A stretch of DNA of 64,000 nt, from assembly GCA_963976765.1 (NCBI GenBank), contig CAXBME010000003.1, forward strand, positions 372,001-436,000. Reading direction: 5' to 3'. Positions 42,472-51,950 of this stretch are shown here, piece after piece. Made by a program: the position numbers and the translations under genes. This DNA is from an uncultured Planctomycetaceae bacterium (GTDB taxonomy: Bacteria; Planctomycetota; Planctomycetia; Planctomycetales; Planctomycetaceae). The notes beneath the pieces were generated by a model that worked only from the letters and a program-made list of their open reading frames with translations, had not been told where the DNA came from and did no database searches. How positions within the stretch are numbered: position 1 is the stretch's first letter; each line of letters opens with the position of its first letter.

Positions 42472-45400
42472 TCACTGCCGACGCTGGACCTGGGCGCCGA
42501 CGATCGATCGAAGCCGATTGACAGCCACATCGGCGTCACTCGGAACGGATTCCAGCACTGTTTCGCGAGGCAGATGGCGAGCGTCGGTCACTCGGCCTGA
42601 GCGACTTCTGATTCGCCACTGGCCATCAAAGAAACTCATCTCGTTACCAATGCCACCGGTGACCCATCTGCGAGGTGATGGTTCTCCGCCATGCAGACGG
42701 GACGCGAACGAGACGCCGTCGAGTTCGATGTCTGCGGGCACTGTGATGCCAGCCAGGTCACAGATCGTTGGAAACCAGTCGGCCATGTCAATCAGGTCGT
42801 CGGCGATTGTTCCGGCCGCGATCGTGTCGGGACGCCGTACGATGAGTGGGATGTGAGTACCGGCATCATTGAGGTCACGTTTACCGCCGGACACCGGGCC
42901 GGCCTGCGTCTGGCGAGTCGTGTTCACATCCGTGCCGTTGTCACCCATAAAAATCACATACGTTCGATCGGCGATGCCCAGTTCGTCCACCGTGGCGATG
43001 ATGCGGCCACAAAGAGCGTCCATGTAGTGAATCATTCGACCGAGGGTCGCCGGCTGGCCGCTCTGTCGTTCAGCGGGCGTGTCGACGATCGGCACATGTG
43101 GCAGCATCATGTTGTGGTGAATGTAGAATGGCCGGCCGGCATCGACGGCGGACTTCATCTGAGCGATCACGTAGTCTGCCAGCACGTCCGGTCCGAATCG
43201 CTCGGCGATGTCGTCGCGAATCCGACCGTCGTGGTTCAGGCACGGATTCCAGTAACGTGTCGTCTTCGCTCCCTGCCGCCAGATCTGCCAGACGCACCAG
43301 GAATCGAATCCGGCATCACGGCAGTGATCAGGATGAAACTCCAGAGCAGCGAGCTGCCACTTACCGGTGACCGATGTTGCATACCCAGCAGCACGCAGAA
43401 GCTGTGGAAACGTGGCAAATCGCTGGCGAAAGTCGACGGCCTGTTTCGTACCAACATGCACGGGCAGCACGTTGTAATAACCATGTCGTGAGGCATACGT
43501 CCCCGTGTAGAGACTCATGCGCGACGGCGTGCAAACCGGACTTGTATACGCCCGAGTGAACCGCATCCCGTTTGCCGCCAGTCGGTCCAGATGCGGCGTC
43601 TCGAAGTCCTGTCCGCCGTAACAACCCAGCGTTTCGTAGCCGAGGTCATCCGCGAACAGCAGCAGAATGTTGGGAGCGTCGGGACCAGCCTTCTGCACCG
43701 TCCAGGTTTGCGGAGACGGTTGTTGATCGACGCGGCTCGTCGTTTTTTCCGTTTCCGTTTTCGCTTTGTCGTCCGCTGGAAGGAACTGCACGGCATCCGC
43801 GATGACATAGCCATCGGTGTCTTTGTTGGAGATCTCGACGACAGCCTCTGTTCCAAACGCCCAGGTACCGATTGAATTGAAGCCGTCCTGACCGCTGTTC
43901 TTCTGATTGACTGTTACGGTCGTCACTTCACGACCGAAGCGAACGGTAATCGGTACGTTGGTGGCGCGGTTTGGATTCGGCGGCCAGCTCACGCGGACTT
44001 CGTAGTCCCCCGGCTTCGGAAGTGTAAACGCGTATCGAGCAATGCACTTGCCTTTCGCTTCGTTGTTGTCATGCACGTAGGTCGGGCCGACGCGCGGATG
44101 CGTCACGTTATTGAGTTGCCAGGGACCGGCCAGTTCGGCCTTGTCGTTATCAACAACAATGCCCGGCAGACTCTTTGGATCAACGCCTGCTGCACCGCCG
44201 CGTCCGCGATGACGAGGCGGGCCGGTGTATTCCAGAATCTGGCCGTCTTTCAGGAGTCGCTCGCGCAGCTTCTTATAGTCGATGTCCTGCACGTTGATGT
44301 CGGCTTCGATGGCCTGCGACGCAGCCGTTGCAGCGCTCTGGCCCAGCAGCATGAAAACCGGTTCCATGCGGATCGAGCCGAACGCGATGTGCGAAGACGA
44401 CAGAGCAACCGGGACCAGCAGATTGGTGCATTCATCGCGTTTCGGCGTGAGCGCCCGATACGAGATCGGGTATGGCTCGACGGGGATCTCGACGTTGCCT
44501 TCGTTGCGGACGGCGCCATCGACGACGGTCATCTGGCAGTGATGCGAGTCCATGTTGTACGACGCCAGCCCGACCGAATCCTCGGGCACTTCGCGACCCT
44601 GACAATTGTGTTGCGTCATCACATAGTCACTCACCATCCGCCGGCCTTCGCGAATGTAAAGCTGATGAGTCCAGCCGCTGGTGTCTGTGTACTCGTCGCG
44701 AGGCAGTCCCCACTTTCGGATTTCTGAACGATGCGGCTCGGGGATGCGATCGCTGTTGGCGAGAAACCACATGACGCCAATCTGATAATTCGCATGAGCC
44801 TGAAAGATGCGTTCCCGCTCACTCCAGCTCGCATTCGGCCAGTTATAGTTACCACCAACGAAGTCTATGAAATACGCGCCGCTGAACAGGTGATGGTTAT
44901 TAGTATCCAGGCTCCATTGGATCTTCGGGCTGGCCCCGGACTCGAACAACCGGGCCAGGAGTTCGTACTGCTCTTCTTCGTAAACCGTGGGTTTCGGAAA
45001 CGGCAGAGGATCATTCTTCGTCAGCCACATTCGGAAGCAGAACGCCTGGATCTTCTTGTCTCCGTCGCCGGGACTCCCGGGGCTGTCGTTCACTCGCGGC
45101 AGTAAACCGCTCGATGCATCGCCCTTCACGCGATACGGATCGATCTTCACCGGCCAGTTGTGTCCGCCCTGTCCGGGAGTGCGGATGCCGTTGTACGTTT
45201 CGTTGTAAACCAAGTTGGCTTCGCGTCCGGCGTGCCAGGAAACGCCAGCCCGAGCGAGCAGGTCGCCTTCGTAAGTCGCATCAATGAACTTTTTCGCGCG
45301 GACAGTCAGACCGTCTTCCATTGTGATCGACACGATCCGCGCCCCGTCCTTCTCGACGTTGTCTAGATGCGCGAGTTTGCGAACGATGACCTTTGTTGGT

Positions 45401-45795
45401 TCCAGGAGTTTCTCAAACGCCGCTTCTGCTTCGGACGGGCGAAAGCTGGCCTGCCCGATGATGTTGTAGAACTCGCGGGCAATCCCGCCGCACACTGACT
45501 TGTCTCCACCGTCAGTGTGACTCAGCCCGCCGGAACTCAGCCCTCCCAGGTGCTTTCCGAACTCCAGAAGCACGACTCGCTGTCCCATTCGATCCGCCTG
45601 AATCGCCGCGACGACTCCGGCACACGTTCCGCCGTAGATGCAGACATCCGTCTCGACAACGCGAGGTTCGACCTTCTCCGGCGGGTAGTAATACCGCAGT
45701 CCCGGAATGGCCGGTTCCGGAAGCGCTTCGGTCTGTGCCTGAAGCGTTGTGGAAATCAGCAGCACAACGGATAACGCCGAGACTGTTCGATTCAT
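42472..45795 (-). CDS. Fusion of FAD-dependent oxidoreductase (PF12831-like), golvesin/xanthan-lyase-type beta domain and sulfatase
   Basis: DVCIYGGTCAGVVAA, FIDATYEGDL, YIREGRRM, GSIRMEPVFM; GIVVDN..PG.YEV..NRATNVP..YVIADAVQF; PNILLLFADDLG, CTPSR, GKWQL, FMGDNG. Confidence 0.88.
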   Translation of the reverse strand: MNRTVSALSVVLLISTTLQAQTEALPEPAIPGLRYYYPPEKVEPRVVETDVCIYGGTCAGVVAAIQADRMGQRVVLLEFGKHLGGLSSGGLSHTDGGDKSVCGGIAREFYNIIGQASFRPSEAEAAFEKLLEPTKVIVRKLAHLDNVEKDGARIVSITMEDGLTVRAKKFIDATYEGDLLARAGVSWHAGREANLVYNETYNGIRTPGQGGHNWPVKIDPYRVKGDASSGLLPRVNDSPGSPGDGDKKIQAFCFRMWLTKNDPLPFPKPTVYEEEQYELLARLFESGASPKIQWSLDTNNHHLFSGAYFIDFVGGNYNWPNASWSERERIFQAHANYQIGVMWFLANSDRIPEPHRSEIRKWGLPRDEYTDTSGWTHQLYIREGRRMVSDYVMTQHNCQGREVPEDSVGLASYNMDSHHCQMTVVDGAVRNEGNVEIPVEPYPISYRALTPKRDECTNLLVPVALSSSHIAFGSIRMEPVFMLLGQSAATAASQAIEADINVQDIDYKKLRERLLKDGQILEYTGPPRHRGRGGAAGVDPKSLPGIVVDNDKAELAGPWQLNNVTHPRVGPTYVHDNNEAKGKCIARYAFTLPKPGDYEVRVSWPPNPNRATNVPITVRFGREVTTVTVNQKNSGQDGFNSIGTWAFGTEAVVEISNKDTDGYVIADAVQFLPADDKAKTETEKTTSRVDQQPSPQTWTVQKAGPDAPNILLLFADDLGYETLGCYGGQDFETPHLDRLAANGMRFTRAYTSPVCTPSRMSLYTGTYASRHGYYNVLPVHVGTKQAVDFRQRFATFPQLLRAAGYATSVTGKWQLAALEFHPDHCRDAGFDSWCVWQIWRQGAKTTRYWNPCLNHDGRIRDDIAERFGPDVLADYVIAQMKSAVDAGRPFYIHHNMMLPHVPIVDTPAERQSGQPATLGRMIHYMDALCGRIIATVDELGIADRTYVIFMGDNGTDVNTTRQTQAGPVSGGKRDLNDAGTHIPLIVRRPDTIAAGTIADDLIDMADWFPTICDLAGITVPADIELDGVSFASRLHGGEPSPRRWVTGGIGNEMSFFDGQWRIRSRSGRVTDARHLPRETVLESVPSDADVAVNRLRSIVGAQVQRRQ

Positions 45796-45859
45796 TGTTT
45801 TCGCCTGTGGCTTTTTGCTGCGAGCAGAACGGGCTCTCTTGAACGCGGGACAGAACTTC

Positions 45860-47134
45860 TCAGCGTCCGTAGGTCGGGAAGATGGCCGGGGTTGGGAAGC
45901 GGTCTTCGTGGGTGACGCTCGAATCTTTCAGGTATTCCTCGCGCGGGATGTGTAGGTCGGGCCAGTTTGCTGGGCGGAGTCGGACGATTCTTCCGGGACG
46001 AATGCCCTCTGTGATGAGGTCCGTTTCGAAGTGGATTTGGATTCCGCTGCTCCCCAGAGGAGCCTCTCCATCTGTTTTCGTGACAGCCAGAATCGGACCT
46101 TTTGAGGCCATCTGGGCGGTGCCTGCAGTCCCACCGGCCCAATGCTTCAACGTGTTCTCAGATTGTGCCAGCAGAGCCCGGCTCCCTTTCTTAAAGTCGG
46201 CGTAGAGTGATTCGTCCATACCGCCGAACAGAGTCACTTTCACCTTCGCATTGCCGAACTTGCCATACTCAACGGAATCGACCCAGCCGGGCATCCAGCG
46301 ACTGCGGATGAAAGCCTTGTGCGTTTCAGTCTGGTTGCGGACGGCACGCCGCATGGCACCGTCGTCCATCCAGATATCCGAGATGTGGAATCGTGTGAAG
46401 ACACCGCCTGGCGTGGGCTTCCAGGTAATTCCAAGCAGGACGACCTGGCCATCGAGGGATTTCTTTCCATCGACGGGCCAGATGCCTTCGGTGATCAGAT
46501 CCTGGACAGCCAGATACTCGCGACCGCGCCAGATTCGTGTCGCCGCATCGAAAGTCATCGCTTCTTCGTGGGCCTTGCCGGCTCCGCCTGCCTTCCGTTC
46601 GCGACTCGCGATGATCATCCCCTGGTTGTTAGTGACTTCGACTTCTTTCAGCTTCCAGACTTTGCCCGTGCGCAGGCAGTAGCTGGGTTCGTCTTCGAGC
46701 AGGAGGACGTGGTTCTCGGCGGGGGCTGATCCGGTGCCGGCGTTGCCCGACTTCTTTTTTCGGTTGTCGACTGGCAACACAGGCACGGCGGAGATTTTCG
46801 GATCCGGCGGCAGAAAGGCCCGAACGTGCAGCATCGTGCCCAGCGGGATATCCCGGAGATCTGCCGGTGCACCGTGATACCGGACGATCCCGTAGGGAAG
46901 CATCGCGAAGGGAGACGGACTGGTGAATCGAAACTTGCCCTCGGTTTGTATGCGGACGCTGCCGCGACGATTGGCATGATCCACGAACACCAGTTCGCCC
47001 CGATAGGAATGGGAACTTTCCAGAGGATGAAACTTGCCTGTCTCGGGACGGAACGGCTCGTCGTCGGCAGTTGCAAACAGAGACATGCCGACGTGCAACG
47101 CAGCGACACAGAGGGCGATCTTGAACTGTGTCAT
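45860..47134 (-). CDS. Exported protein of unknown function, paralog 3 of 3
   Basis: Signal peptide; shares [42 protein letters not shown] and RFPTPAIFP with both neighbours. Confidence 0.9.
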   Translation of the reverse strand: MTQFKIALCVAALHVGMSLFATADDEPFRPETGKFHPLESSHSYRGELVFVDHANRRGSVRIQTEGKFRFTSPSPFAMLPYGIVRYHGAPADLRDIPLGTMLHVRAFLPPDPKISAVPVLPVDNRKKKSGNAGTGSAPAENHVLLLEDEPSYCLRTGKVWKLKEVEVTNNQGMIIASRERKAGGAGKAHEEAMTFDAATRIWRGREYLAVQDLITEGIWPVDGKKSLDGQVVLLGITWKPTPGGVFTRFHISDIWMDDGAMRRAVRNQTETHKAFIRSRWMPGWVDSVEYGKFGNAKVKVTLFGGMDESLYADFKKGSRALLAQSENTLKHWAGGTAGTAQMASKGPILAVTKTDGEAPLGSSGIQIHFETDLITEGIRPGRIVRLRPANWPDLHIPREEYLKDSSVTHEDRFPTPAIFPTYGR

Positions 47135-47166
47135 AGGCGGGCAATTACAACGACGTGGGATGTACG

Positions 47167-47272
47167 AAATGATTAATGATTACTGGAAAATGAAAACTGC
47201 AAAAGTTGGGAAGATATGGGCTGCCGAGTTTCCACTCTGCATTTTTCATTCTCCATTACTCATTAATCATTC
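47167..47272. repeat. Heptamer-periodic inverted repeat (empty copy)
   Basis: AAATGAT TAATGAT TACTGGA AAATGAA AACTGCA versus reverse complement of 47238-47272, GAATGAT TAATGAG TAATGGA GAATGAA AAATGCA (30/35 by hand count). Confidence 0.9.
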
Positions 47273-47330
47273 TCGAAAGTGTCTCCACCGAATTCCATAG
47301 ACAGCATTGGTTACCAATCTGACTACCCGA

Positions 47331-48602
47331 TCAGTACTTCGGAAAGATGGCCGGCGTCGGGAAGCGCTCTTCAATGGCGGATGTTCCGAGATACTCCTCA
47401 CGCGGCACGTTGACCTGAGGCCAGTTGGCGGGGCGGACACGAACGACTCGGCCAGGGCGGATGCCTTCGATGATCAGGTCGGTTCTAAAACGGATCTGAA
47501 TGCCGCTGCTTCCAGAAGGCACTTCGCCGTCCGTCCTGAGAACATCGACGATAGGACCTTTACAGGCCATGTGTGCGGGACCGTACGCGCCGTGACCGTG
47601 CTTCAGCGTGTTCTCGACGGCGTTCATCAGACCAGAGGCACCCTTCTTGAAATCAGCGTACAGCGAGTCATCCATTCCGCCGAACAGAGTTGCGGTCACC
47701 GTTGCGTTGCCAAACTTGCCATACTCGATGGCATCGACCCAGGCAGGCATCCAGCGGCTGCGGATAAAGGCTTTGTGAGTTTCGGTCTGATTGCGCGCGG
47801 CACGCTTCATCGCCGTGTCGTCCAGCCAGATGTCCGAGATGTGGAACCGTGTGAACACGCCATCTGGCGTGGGCTTCCAGGCGATTCCCAGCAGGACGGC
47901 CTGGTCCTCTAGAGACTGCTTTCCGCTGACGGGCCAGATGCCCTCTTCGATCAAGTCCTCGACACCGAGACGCTCGCGGCCGCGCCAGATGCGTGTGGCG
48001 GCATCAAAGGTCAACGTTTCTTCGCTGGCTTTGTCTTCGCCTGACTTCCGTTCGAGCCTGGCGACAATCATTCCCTGGTTGTCGTTGATGTCTACTTCCT
48101 GCAGCTTCCAGACTTTGCCCTCGCGCTGGCAATGGCTGGGTTCGTCTTCGAGAAGCAGGACGTGGTTCTCGGCGGGTGCGATTCCTTTGCCGCTGTAGCC
48201 CGACGTTTTGTTCTTGTTTCCGACGGGCAGCACAGGCACGGTGGAGGTCTTTGGATCCGGCGGAAGAAAAGCCCGCACATGCAGGACCGTGCCCAGCGGG
48301 ATGTCTCGAAGATCCGCTGGAGCTCCGTGATAGCGAACCATGCCGTAAGGAAGCATGGCGAAGGGATGTGGTGCGTTACGGAAATACGTGCCCGCTCCCT
48401 GCACACGAAGACTGCCGCGACGGTTGGCATGATCCACAAACACCAGCTCGCCCCGGTAGGAGTGAGCCATTTCCACAGGTGGAAATGTTCCAGCCTCGGG
48501 ACGGAAGGGTTCGCCTTCATCTTCGGCGGTGGTGGTGCTCGCGAGCAGGGACACGCCGAGATAAAGGACGGCGACCCAGCAGGTAGATTTGAGATGTGTC
48601 AT
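47331..48602 (-). CDS. Exported protein of unknown function, paralog 2 of 3
   Basis: Signal peptide and the same conserved blocks as its neighbours. Confidence 0.9.
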   Translation of the reverse strand: MTHLKSTCWVAVLYLGVSLLASTTTAEDEGEPFRPEAGTFPPVEMAHSYRGELVFVDHANRRGSLRVQGAGTYFRNAPHPFAMLPYGMVRYHGAPADLRDIPLGTVLHVRAFLPPDPKTSTVPVLPVGNKNKTSGYSGKGIAPAENHVLLLEDEPSHCQREGKVWKLQEVDINDNQGMIVARLERKSGEDKASEETLTFDAATRIWRGRERLGVEDLIEEGIWPVSGKQSLEDQAVLLGIAWKPTPDGVFTRFHISDIWLDDTAMKRAARNQTETHKAFIRSRWMPAWVDAIEYGKFGNATVTATLFGGMDDSLYADFKKGASGLMNAVENTLKHGHGAYGPAHMACKGPIVDVLRTDGEVPSGSSGIQIRFRTDLIIEGIRPGRVVRVRPANWPQVNVPREEYLGTSAIEERFPTPAIFPKY

Positions 48603-48619
48603 AGTCCGATTTCCCTGGA

Positions 48620-49990
48620 TCAGTATTTCGGGAAGATGGCCGGGGTTGGGAATCGGTCCTCGGGGCTGTTGTTGAAGAGGTATTCTTCCCGGGGAATCTG
48701 CATCTTCGGCCAGCTTTCCGGGCGGACGCGAACGACTCTTCCAGGGCGAATGCCTTCGATGATCAGGTCGGTCTCAAACTGGATTCGGATACCGCTGCTG
48801 CCGAGCGGGATTTCTCCGGCTGCCCTGGTGACGTCAAGGATCCTGCCATTGGAAGCCACGTGGGAGGGGCCGTAGTGGCCGGCTGCGTGCTTCAAGGTAT
48901 TCTCGGCTCCATTGATCTGTGCGCCGACGTCTTTCTGGAAGTCGTTGTAGAGCGAGTCATCCATGCCGCCGAACAGAGTCGCGGTGACTGTCGCGTGGCC
49001 GAACTTGCCATACTCAACGGCATCCACCGCAGCCGGCATCCACCGACTGCGGATAAAAGTCTTGTGTGTCTCGGTCTGAAAATAGGCTGCGTTCTGGATG
49101 GCGTCGTCGTCCAGCCAGATGTCCGAAATGTGGAATTGAGTAAAAGCGCCACTCAACCCATCCCCTGGTGCAGGCTTCCAGGTGATTCCGAGCAGGACGG
49201 CCTGTCCACCGAGGTCTTTCCTGCCGCCGGTGGGCCATACTTTTTCGGCGACCAGGTCAGCAATTCTAATTCGCTCTCGCCCGCGCCAAATGCGGGTGCC
49301 GGCGTCGAAGGTCAGCTCTTCTTCCGTGGAGTTGCCGTCTCCACCCGCCTTCGGTTCGCGACTGGCGGTGATCTTCCCGGCATTGTTCCTGACCTCCACT
49401 TCCTGCAGCTTCCAGACCAGTCCGTTGTCCAGGCAGTGACTGGGCTCGTCTTCAAAGAGCAGCACGTGGTTTTCGGCCGGTGCCGTACCTGTTCCACGAT
49501 AATGTCCGGCGTCTTTCTCCTTGTTGTTGACCGGCAAGACAGGCACCGCGGAAATCTTCGGGTCCGGCGGAAGAAAGGCCCGGACGTGCATCACGGTGCC
49601 GAGCGGGATGTCGCGCAGATCCGCCGGAGCGCCGTGATACCGGATCACACCGTAGGGAAGCATGGTGAAGGGTTGAGGGTCGTTTCGGTAAAACTTTCCC
49701 GTCCCTGCCACACGGATGCTGCCGCGGCGGTTGGCATGGTCCACGAATACAAGTTCGCCCCGGTATGAGTGTGCCTTTTCAACAGGCGGAAACTTTCCCG
49801 CCTCGGGACGAAACGGTACTTCACCGGCGGTTACGTCCGATGCAGGCAGCAAGAGTCCCAGACAAACCGCCACGAGCCATAGCGACATTCTGGAAACCCG
49901 ACGCGTTAGTGAGGGACGAGCCTCACCGATGACACCAGACTCGCATCCCTCGCTCATGCTTCGAGTTACCTTGTGAAGCAGCAGTTTCAT
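48620..49990 (-). CDS. Exported protein of unknown function, paralog 1 of 3 (N-terminus extended by a palindrome)
   Basis: Same conserved blocks; its ATG overlaps the DUF1552 stop (ATGA). Confidence 0.9.
   Translation of the reverse strand: MKLLLHKVTRSMSEGCESGVIGEARPSLTRRVSRMSLWLVAVCLGLLLPASDVTAGEVPFRPEAGKFPPVEKAHSYRGELVFVDHANRRGSIRVAGTGKFYRNDPQPFTMLPYGVIRYHGAPADLRDIPLGTVMHVRAFLPPDPKISAVPVLPVNNKEKDAGHYRGTGTAPAENHVLLFEDEPSHCLDNGLVWKLQEVEVRNNAGKITASREPKAGGDGNSTEEELTFDAGTRIWRGRERIRIADLVAEKVWPTGGRKDLGGQAVLLGITWKPAPGDGLSGAFTQFHISDIWLDDDAIQNAAYFQTETHKTFIRSRWMPAAVDAVEYGKFGHATVTATLFGGMDDSLYNDFQKDVGAQINGAENTLKHAAGHYGPSHVASNGRILDVTRAAGEIPLGSSGIRIQFETDLIIEGIRPGRVVRVRPESWPKMQIPREEYLFNNSPEDRFPTPAIFPKY
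49892..49970. repeat. REP-like palindrome pair inside coding sequence
   Basis: GGAAACCCGACGCGTTAGTGAGGGA (49892-49916) versus reverse complement of 49946-49970, GGTAACTCGAAGCATGAGCGAGGGA (19/25). Confidence 0.7.
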
Positions 49991-51342
49991 AGTTCGATCA
50001 CCGTGTTGCTGTCGCCAAATCGATCGGTCTCCACACCCATGCGCTGAGCCATCAGGACCAGCAGATTGCTCATGTGGGCGTCCGTGTTTACGGGGCGACT
50101 ACAGAGACGGTAATGGTCGCCGGGCTTGTCGAGCGTGTAACCGTCGAAGTGCCCCTGGTTGAAGTCGAGATGGCTGCCGTGCTTCAGACCAAGGTCTGAA
50201 CCGCCAGCGAGTACCAGCGGGAGGTTGGCGTTACCGTGGCTGTGGCCGTAGGACATACCGCTGCCGAAGAGCGCCATCGTTGACCCAAGCAGCGGCCTGC
50301 CATTGACGTCCTTCGTCTCGTCCAGCCGCGAGAGGAAGTAGCTGAACTGCTCGATGGCAAAGGTGTCGTAGTTGGTGAGCTTTTCCATATAGCCTTCATC
50401 GCCGCCGTGATGGCTGAGCTGGTGGCGCGACTCGGTGATGCCGATTTCGGGAATGGCGAAGGCGTCTCCTTCGCCACCCAGGCTGAACGTGGCCACACGC
50501 GTCACATCCGTCTGAAAGGCGAGCACCATGAGGTCGTAGACTGTGCGGAAATACTCGCCCGCCTGAGTCCTTGGAATATCACGGTTGGTGCGTTTGCGAT
50601 CGGCGTCGGAGATGTCAGGCAGCGGTGTGTCGAGCCAGGCATCGGCGCGTCGCGTGCGAATCTCCGCCTCACGAACTGAGGTGAGGTATTGATCAAGGCG
50701 TCCTTTGTCGGCCGCCCCAATCTTCTGCTCAAGCCGCCGCACTTCAGCGAGGTTGTCATCAAGGACGCTGGCCTTGCGGCGCAAAGCTCTGCGCTGGGCC
50801 GCGATGCCACCTTTGGGCTCCTCGAACAGCGACGCAAAGATCTCGCTGCAACGACGCATCGCGGGCAGCTGAACGCCATCCGCGGTCCAGGCGAGGGAAC
50901 CCTGCGTCAGCGCAATCTCCATGGATGGGTAGCGAGTGTGCTGAGCCGTGACTGCGGCCATCTTCTGGTCCACGGAGATCGTGTTGCGTGCCGAAGGGCC
51001 GATCTTTCCACCGGTCAACCAGATGTTGATGCAGTTGTGATGATGGCCAAGCCCTCCCGGATGATGCAGACCGCTGACAGGCGTGATGACCTGCCGGTGC
51101 TTCTCCAAAGGCTTAAGCGACTGGGAAAACTCATAGTCTTTACCCGGTCTGGTGATCTGATAGTTCAACGAGTGAACGCCGTTCGCGAGATAGATAAAGG
51201 CACTGCGCCGAGGCGATTCGGTTTGCTCTGCCGCGTTGAGCGGGATCATGCATTCCAGCATGGGCAGGGAGATGCAGGTCCCCATCGCGCGAAGGGCGTG
51301 GCGACGATCGATCAGCCACGACTGGGTTTGAATATTGCTCAT
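49987..51342 (-). CDS. DUF1552 (HXXSHH) domain protein
   Basis: [58 protein letters not shown]...NLPLVLAGG. Confidence 0.92.
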   Translation of the reverse strand: MSNIQTQSWLIDRRHALRAMGTCISLPMLECMIPLNAAEQTESPRRSAFIYLANGVHSLNYQITRPGKDYEFSQSLKPLEKHRQVITPVSGLHHPGGLGHHHNCINIWLTGGKIGPSARNTISVDQKMAAVTAQHTRYPSMEIALTQGSLAWTADGVQLPAMRRCSEIFASLFEEPKGGIAAQRRALRRKASVLDDNLAEVRRLEQKIGAADKGRLDQYLTSVREAEIRTRRADAWLDTPLPDISDADRKRTNRDIPRTQAGEYFRTVYDLMVLAFQTDVTRVATFSLGGEGDAFAIPEIGITESRHQLSHHGGDEGYMEKLTNYDTFAIEQFSYFLSRLDETKDVNGRPLLGSTMALFGSGMSYGHSHGNANLPLVLAGGSDLGLKHGSHLDFNQGHFDGYTLDKPGDHYRLCSRPVNTDAHMSNLLVLMAQRMGVETDRFGDSNTVIEL

Positions 51343-51386
51343 GGATTTTGTCCTTCGGGTAAGTGACCGTGTTTGTGGCCAGCGAG

Positions 51387-51431
51387 GAAGAGAATGACTA
51401 ATGAGTAGTGGAGATTGGAGAATGCAGAATG
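51387..51431. repeat. Heptamer-periodic repeat, copy C (inverted relative to A and B)
   Basis: GAAGA GAATGAC TAATGAG TAGTGGA GATTGGA GAATGCA GAATG. Confidence 0.88.
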
Positions 51432-51504
51432 TCAGGTCCTTGTCACGTCATACGTTACCAGACACGCCGCGTTGAGTTCTTTCGCATTTGTTCCCCAATA
51501 CTCA

Positions 51505-51906
51505 TTAATCATTCTCTTCTCTCCTCGTGTAATGCTGTGATTGATTTGATTTCGCCGTTACGAGGGATTTGGCGATGATTTTGCAGAGCTGATCACACTC
51601 GTCCCGAAGCTGCTCGAGCCGTTGTTCCGGGATCAGGTCCGATTTCACAATCAGTCGTATCCACACATGGCTTTCGCGAAGTTCCTTCAATGCGATCGCG
51701 AGCTTGTGGATAAAGTCTTTCTTGCTTTCCGCCGCACAGGCTTCGGCATAATTGGGAGCCGGGGAAGTTCCTGACCGTACGAGCTGCCCAGCAATGTGTC
51801 TTGCAAGCCGAGTGTCTGGCAGTGCATCGACTGCTTTTCCAACCCGAACAGCAAACTCCAGCAGCCGTTCTTCAATGTCTGCTCCTTTCCTCCCTTCATT
51901 TTGCAT
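51505..51906 (-). CDS. Four-helix-bundle protein (23S rRNA intervening-sequence protein family)
   Basis: IEERLLEFA.RV, QLVRSGTS..PNYAEA..AESKKDFIHKL.IALKELRES..W. Confidence 0.93.
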   Translation of the reverse strand: MQNEGRKGADIEERLLEFAVRVGKAVDALPDTRLARHIAGQLVRSGTSPAPNYAEACAAESKKDFIHKLAIALKELRESHVWIRLIVKSDLIPEQRLEQLRDECDQLCKIIAKSLVTAKSNQSQHYTRREEND

Positions 51907-51936
51907 TTTCCAATCTCAGTTACTCAATAATCATTC
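51897..51936. repeat. Heptamer-periodic repeat, copy A (contains the four-helix-bundle start codon)
   Basis: Reverse complement GAATGAT TATTGAG TAACTGA GATTGGA AAATGCA AAATG; 33/40 to copy C. Confidence 0.88.
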
Positions 51937-51950
51937 CTTCGCGCAGCAAG

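Noticed and set aside
45860..51906. Diversity-generating retroelement (Avd-like four-helix bundle next to near-identical paralogs)
   Set aside because: No reverse transcriptase in the window and no template/variable repeat pair with adenine-specific differences; the paralogs differ at all base types.
47167..51936. CRISPR array from the AT-rich repeats
   Set aside because: The repeats are inverted, internally 7-nt periodic, lack regular unique spacers and have no cas genes nearby.
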